Origin: Escherichia phage 1-6bf
Sequence record: OR983334.1
Reading direction: 5' to 3' (one strand)
DNA length: 64,000 nucleotides
Shown here: piece by piece, positions 59,326 through 64,000 of the stretch
Layout: every line of letters starts with the position of its first letter
Numbering within the stretch: position 1 is the stretch's first letter
The notes under the pieces: model-generated
Told to the model about the DNA's origin: nothing
The model's input: only the letters and a program-made list of their open reading frames with translations
The model's database searches: none
Position numbers and translations under genes: made by a program

Positions 59326-61116
59326 ATGTCAAAGATCATTTTGGGAGACACAGGTTGTAAGGAATGTATCTCTCATGGTCGTGATAAAACCCACAACCAC
59401 ATGATTCTCTTCCGTAACGAAGAGACAGGTGAGGAGTGGGGAAGTTGTAACCGTTGTGGGAATTACGAAGTGTTCGAAAAGGGCACTACACCTACTCCAA
59501 ACGAGAGAAAAGAGTTATCCCCTGAAGAGTTGAGAGAAGTCTTAGATGATTGCTTAGAGCTTCCTCAGGGAGAGCTTACTCGACGTTTAATCCCCAAAGC
59601 TGTATCAGAGCGTTTTGAGTGTCGCATCGGTCTAAGCCAGACTGATGGGCAGACTCCAGACAGCTACTTCTTTCCTCGTGAACGTGATGGAAACATTGTT
59701 GGTTACGAGGTTAAGCTGCTAGATAGTAAGAAGTTTTATTATGTCGGCAGTGTGAAAGAAGCAGATTTATTTGGTATGGCACAAGCTCAACGTGGAGATG
59801 TGTACAACAAGAAGCTCTTCATTTTTGAAGACCCGCTATCTTGTATGTCTGGTTTCCATGTCCTCACAGCTTTTACAAATGCAACAAACATTAAACCAGC
59901 ATGTGTTTCTTTACCGTTCGGTGCAGGTTCAATCTCTTCTGTGTTGTCTCGTAACCGAGACTTCGTAAATGGTTTTGAGGAGGTTGTGCTCTGCATGGAC
60001 AACGATGATGCAGGTGAGATAGCTTTAACAAAAGGTCGTTCTTTATTCCCTCATGTTAAGTTTGCTCGTATTCCTAAAGGAACTTTCCCATACAACGGTG
60101 TGGAGAAAGAGATTAAGGATGCGAATGACATGCTTCTGTCTGGTCGTGGTCAAGAGTTATTCAACATTCTCAAGTACTCAGCAAAGCGGGAATCTCCTGC
60201 TGGAGCTGTAACAATCTTTGATTGCCTTGATGATGCTCTGAAGAAAGCGGAGTGGGGTATCCCATATCCGTGGAAGACTCTGAATGAGATGACCTTCGGT
60301 ATTCGATGGGGAGAGGTGGTAGCAATTGGTGGTGGAGTAGGGAGTGGTAAAACACTCATTGCTCACGAGCTGGTTGCCCATCTGTGCTTAGAGCATGGTT
60401 TTAATGGAGGTGGCTTCTTCTTGGAAGAGAAGGTAGGCATGTCTGTTAAGAACATTGCTGGTAAGTCAGCATCAATTCCTTTCCACCGACCTGATGTTGA
60501 ATATGATGAGGAGGATTTGCGTAATGAAGCACTTCGTTATGCAGACAAATTCTTCTTGTATGACAACTTCGGACAGAACGAATGGGAAGACATTAAACAG
60601 TGTATCCGTTTCTGGGTAGTTGAAAACCAGTGTAAGTTCATCATCCTTGATAACATTACCGCTCTGGTGTCTCATTTAACACCTTCAGAGATTAACACTG
60701 AAATCAGTAAGATTGCTTCCGAGCTTGCTGGTATGTGTAAAGAATTAGACTTTACCGCTTTCGTGCTATCTCACCTTAATGCTCCGGCAGGTGGTGCTCC
60801 TCATGAAGAAGGTGGACAGGTACGTGAAGTACAGTTCACTGGCTCTCGTTCTCTTATGCGTTGGTGTCAGTGTATCATTGGCTTTGAGCGTGACAAGCAA
60901 GCTGATGGCTTAGCTAAGAACATCTCAGTCATTCGATTGCTGAAAGAGCGTAACTATGGTCAGACTGGTGTCTGTTATACTAAGTATATCAGTGAAACCG
61001 GTAGGCTTGTAGAAAGGGAAGACTTTGAAGTCGATGAAGATAATCCATTCGTTTTAACTAATGGAGAGGATGCAGCTTCTCTCGTCAACCAAGCAGATGG
61101 AGCTTCACCGTGGTAA
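59326..61116 (+). CDS. DNA primase-helicase (T7 gp4-like)
   Basis: N-terminal zinc ribbon (CKEC ... CNRCG), TOPRIM-like CMDNDDAGE, DnaB-type Walker [10 protein letters not shown] and Walker [10 protein letters not shown]. Confidence 0.85.
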   Translation: MSKIILGDTGCKECISHGRDKTHNHMILFRNEETGEEWGSCNRCGNYEVFEKGTTPTPNERKELSPEELREVLDDCLELPQGELTRRLIPKAVSERFECRIGLSQTDGQTPDSYFFPRERDGNIVGYEVKLLDSKKFYYVGSVKEADLFGMAQAQRGDVYNKKLFIFEDPLSCMSGFHVLTAFTNATNIKPACVSLPFGAGSISSVLSRNRDFVNGFEEVVLCMDNDDAGEIALTKGRSLFPHVKFARIPKGTFPYNGVEKEIKDANDMLLSGRGQELFNILKYSAKRESPAGAVTIFDCLDDALKKAEWGIPYPWKTLNEMTFGIRWGEVVAIGGGVGSGKTLIAHELVAHLCLEHGFNGGGFFLEEKVGMSVKNIAGKSASIPFHRPDVEYDEEDLRNEALRYADKFFLYDNFGQNEWEDIKQCIRFWVVENQCKFIILDNITALVSHLTPSEINTEISKIASELAGMCKELDFTAFVLSHLNAPAGGAPHEEGGQVREVQFTGSRSLMRWCQCIIGFERDKQADGLAKNISVIRLLKERNYGQTGVCYTKYISETGRLVEREDFEVDEDNPFVLTNGEDAASLVNQADGASPW

Positions 61117-61667
61117 AGAAAAAGAAGAAAGTGTTTGCATTCGATATCGAGAGTAATGCACTGTACGATGACATAACTAAAGTATGGTGTATTTATATCT
61201 TCGATGTTGAAACTGGTGAAAGGTGGGGCTATCGGCCTCACCAAATCGAAGACGGGATTCGTAAACTGACAGAAGCAGATGTGCTCGTGGGTCATAATAT
61301 TATTGACTTCGACTTACCTGCTCTGAAGAAGATGTATCCCTCTTTGATTAAATATAATTTTAACGTCTTTGACACTTTATGTCTTAGTCGATATCTTAAA
61401 CCTGACCGTATTGGTGACAGTCCTGAGTATCCGAAAGGCGACCCTAGACGTGGCCCAAGGGGTCATGGCTTGAAGCAGTGGGGTGAGTTCTTAGGAGAAC
61501 TTAAGGGCGATTATGGTGAGCAAGAGGAAGCATGGGATGCTTTCACTGAAGATATGTTTACTTATTGTGAACAGGACGTTAACTTAACTGTTAAGGTTTA
61601 TCTTTTCTTGTGTGAAATCACAGGATTTGACCCTTACGACCCACCTTCATTATATTGGAAAATGTAA
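61110..61667 (+). CDS. stand-alone 3'-5' exonuclease (DnaQ / family-A polymerase exo domain-like)
   Basis: Exo I FDIESNAL, Exo [15 protein letters not shown], Exo III YCEQDV closely follow the T7 DNA polymerase exo domain; ORF ends with TAA with no polymerase domain attached. Confidence 0.75.
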   Translation: MVKKKKKVFAFDIESNALYDDITKVWCIYIFDVETGERWGYRPHQIEDGIRKLTEADVLVGHNIIDFDLPALKKMYPSLIKYNFNVFDTLCLSRYLKPDRIGDSPEYPKGDPRRGPRGHGLKQWGEFLGELKGDYGEQEEAWDAFTEDMFTYCEQDVNLTVKVYLFLCEITGFDPYDPPSLYWKM

Positions 61668-61668
61668 A

Positions 61669-63018
61669 ATGATTGTTATCCCGATTAACCGAATTGAAGA
61701 TAAGGTTGCTCAACAACCTGATATCACTGTTGGTCGTCACTTCATTGAACAGCTGATTAACAACAACTTGATTCCAGACTGTATTTGTCCTATCATCACT
61801 GGTGGGGCTATTCGTGATGCTGTGCTTAATAACACAGCTCCGCATGACATTGATATCTTTATTGTCAGAGGACAGGCCCCAAGAACTCGAAATACTTTCA
61901 TCCGTCATGAGCAGTGGCAAGATCTCGGACGAGAAGTTGAAAGTAACGTTAAAGAGTGGCTTGAGTCTCAAGATATTGAATATGCATCACTTCTTGCTGA
62001 AGCTACAAACGAATCCTATGCTGGGGGTTCTCAATTAACATTCACTGATATTATTGAGTTTCAGTGGAATGGGGTTCGTATCCAATTCATGTTTAATTAT
62101 CCTACTTCTATCGAAGAGGTATTGGATAACTTTCCTATGATGTGCCGTGGTGCGATGACTCTTGACAACTTATTCATGACTTCTCACGGATACTTGGCTA
62201 TGACTGCCCCTTGTCCAGTGGTTGTTTCTAGTCGTGAAATCAGGTATGTTCACAAGAAGTGGCCTAATTCACAAGTGTTGAGATTTTCCTCTCCAGCAGT
62301 TGCACATCAATACATGGCCCAAACTCGATATCTTCCCACACCTCAGCCAGTTAGTCACCTAGTCAATGGATTAGGTCAGGTTTCTCTTATTGAAGATACA
62401 ACAAGTGCTCTATATTGTGTTAACCGAGACATGAGTCTATTCTTTGGAATCCCTTATGAAGAGATTCAGATTATGTCTAGTCTTCACGGTTCCGGTCAGA
62501 TTCATGCGTATTGGTCTGAAGGGTTGACAAATTTAACGACTAATACAGGAGGAGATCTACTTGGTCGAGAAGAAGAGCCTAGTCGTCATAACGCAATCGA
62601 AGGGGTGTTTGTAGCCCCTACAAGACGCCGAGCAAACGAAGCACGAAATATAAGCTCTACTCGTAGAACATCTTTTGAAGAAGCTCTTGGTATTACAAGT
62701 GATTCTATGGAGAGATGGATGGCTAGTCCTTCTCGTGGTCGACCAAACGGCTTCAATGTTAGTGCACGTCAGTTCTCTGGTCAGGGTTTCGCTGTTGGTG
62801 ATATCAACGCTCCTTCTCGTGTTATCTGGACTGATGAAGGCGTGGCTCAAGATGTGGTAGGTAGTCTCTCCGATCTTGATATTCCTTCTCATGACGAACT
62901 CGCTGAGACTGTCAGCCGCAGTCTCGCTGATCGGTTTGTTGCCAACAATCCTGAAGTATTAGAGCCTCAGGTTGGTGGAGAACTGGACCACTTAATAAAT
63001 TCACAAAACATTCGCTAA
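61669..63018 (+). CDS. Pol-beta-superfamily nucleotidyltransferase (CCA-adding / poly(A) polymerase-like head motif)
   Basis: GGAIRD ... HDIDIF matches the GG-x-VRD ... D-x-D signature of tRNA nucleotidyltransferases. Confidence 0.45.
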   Translation: MIVIPINRIEDKVAQQPDITVGRHFIEQLINNNLIPDCICPIITGGAIRDAVLNNTAPHDIDIFIVRGQAPRTRNTFIRHEQWQDLGREVESNVKEWLESQDIEYASLLAEATNESYAGGSQLTFTDIIEFQWNGVRIQFMFNYPTSIEEVLDNFPMMCRGAMTLDNLFMTSHGYLAMTAPCPVVVSSREIRYVHKKWPNSQVLRFSSPAVAHQYMAQTRYLPTPQPVSHLVNGLGQVSLIEDTTSALYCVNRDMSLFFGIPYEEIQIMSSLHGSGQIHAYWSEGLTNLTTNTGGDLLGREEEPSRHNAIEGVFVAPTRRRANEARNISSTRRTSFEEALGITSDSMERWMASPSRGRPNGFNVSARQFSGQGFAVGDINAPSRVIWTDEGVAQDVVGSLSDLDIPSHDELAETVSRSLADRFVANNPEVLEPQVGGELDHLINSQNIR

Positions 63019-63030
63019 TAAGGAAAAAGA

Positions 63031-63564
63031 ATGAGTTTACTAGGAAGTATTGAACTGCACGATGTAATTGACAATGGTTATCTGGATGCGGAGCATAAGT
63101 ATGTTAACGCTGCTAGTGTGGATATCCGTATTGGTGATACTATCCTTGTTGAAGAACAGGCTGATGGCATCGTTGATATTGATGCGAAAGAAAATCTTCA
63201 GTGGAAGGAAGTAAAGATTCCTGAAGAGGGTTTGGTTATCACTCCGGGTCAGTTCTTCTTGGCTCACTCTATGGAGGAGTTTAATCTTCCAGATAACATC
63301 TCAAGTCTGTTTGTTCTGCGTTCATCTATGGCTCGTTGTGGTTTGAACCACCTCCATGCTGGTTGGGCTGATGCAGGATTTAATAGTAGTAAGCTGACAT
63401 TTGAATTCCACAACGTAACCAAGCACCATAGCTTACGAGTTCGTGCTGGTATGCGTGTTGGTCAAATGGTTATGTTCGAGCACTCTCATGCAGGGGAACA
63501 CTCCTATGCAGTGAAGGGTCGTTATAATAACTCTGAAGGTGTAGTTTCATCTAAAGGTGTGTAA
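63031..63564 (+). CDS. dCTP deaminase family protein
   Basis: VDIRIGD, ITPGQFFLAHS, LRSSMARCGL, AGWADAGFN, LRVRAGMRVGQMVMFE align with the dCTP deaminase/dUTPase fold motifs. Confidence 0.8.
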   Translation: MSLLGSIELHDVIDNGYLDAEHKYVNAASVDIRIGDTILVEEQADGIVDIDAKENLQWKEVKIPEEGLVITPGQFFLAHSMEEFNLPDNISSLFVLRSSMARCGLNHLHAGWADAGFNSSKLTFEFHNVTKHHSLRVRAGMRVGQMVMFEHSHAGEHSYAVKGRYNNSEGVVSSKGV

Positions 63565-63762
63565 ATGAAAAAGTGGATTGTTCGTGTACATGATAACACG
63601 ACTGGAGAGTTAGTAGCTGTAGATTTTGTTAAGACTCGAGAGCACGCACGTAGGGTCAAAAATCAATACAAGTCTACTTTTAGACTTAACAAGGTTACAT
63701 TAGGAAGAGCTATCGTGAGTAGTGAAGGTGCTTTTATGGCAAATAGTAAGGTTTATTACTAA
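63565..63762 (+). CDS. hypothetical protein
   Basis: 65-aa ORF. Confidence 0.4.
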   Translation: MKKWIVRVHDNTTGELVAVDFVKTREHARRVKNQYKSTFRLNKVTLGRAIVSSEGAFMANSKVYY

Positions 63763-63971
63763 TGAGACCGATCACCATGAGACAGTTTTGGTTAGCGAAG
63801 ATTAAGTGGGCATCAGGCGGGATGACTATGACTGCACTGCCCACCCGTCAACAAGCTCGAGAGTTTAAAAAGTCTATGTTCAATGTAGACTTAACTAAGA
63901 ATATTAGCATTCACAAGGCCAGAGAATATTCCTCTGGTCGTGTTTATATCAGCGGAAAGGTACATTACTAA
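63762..63971 (+). CDS. hypothetical protein
   Basis: 69-aa ORF with ATGA-type overlap. Confidence 0.4.
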   Translation: MRPITMRQFWLAKIKWASGGMTMTALPTRQQAREFKKSMFNVDLTKNISIHKAREYSSGRVYISGKVHY

Positions 63972-64000
63972 TGAAAAAGATGTGGGCTGTTCGTGTTGTT

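Noticed and set aside
61110-63018. Exonuclease ORF and following ORF as a single frameshifted family-A DNA polymerase
   Set aside because: The downstream ORF carries a Pol-beta-type GGAIRD ... DIDIF nucleotidyltransferase signature rather than family-A palm motifs, so a simple frameshift does not reconstitute a polymerase.

Overview
The window is about 64 kb of a virulent tailed-phage genome; no integrase or repressor is visible. All calls are from reading the sequence and ORF track by eye, with no searches run. It falls into three blocks. (1) 1-4.8 kb, + strand: tail end of a middle-gene cluster with an overlapping spanin-like pair, a macro-domain protein, a phage sigma-70-family factor, a SLOG-like protein, a P-loop kinase, a FEN-type 5'-3' exonuclease and an HNH endonuclease. 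(2) 4.9-34.4 kb, - strand: virion and lysis module (TerS candidate, TerL, portal, scaffold, major capsid with a -1 frameshift Ig-like extension, HNH, 1198-aa tail fibre with C-terminal chaperone domain, small membrane protein plus T4-type lysozyme, SLT transglycosylase, Q/N-rich internal proteins, 1474-aa coiled-coil protein). (3) 34.4-35.2 kb is a repeat-rich non-coding terminus-like region, followed by + strand early and middle genes: three consensus sigma70 promoters, a 1.75 kb ORF-poor region, many small ORFs in two paralogous families, tRNA-like elements beside an HNH endonuclease, a lipoprotein, then replication genes (T7-type primase-helicase, stand-alone 3'-5' exonuclease, nucleotidyltransferase, dCTP deaminase). 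The most interesting feature is a tightly packed operon at 49.3-59.1 kb encoding two amidoligase-like proteins, a class-II glutamine amidotransferase, an ATP-grasp ligase and a GGCT-like cyclotransferase, which looks like an uncharacterised amide-bond modification system. The amidotransferase has an unusual start: its catalytic Cys is preceded by AUU and an in-frame UAG. A recurring TAATGTATA-like motif upstream of late genes is a candidate promoter for the phage sigma factor. The layout is reminiscent of phiEco32-like podophages, but that is recollection and needs a database search.
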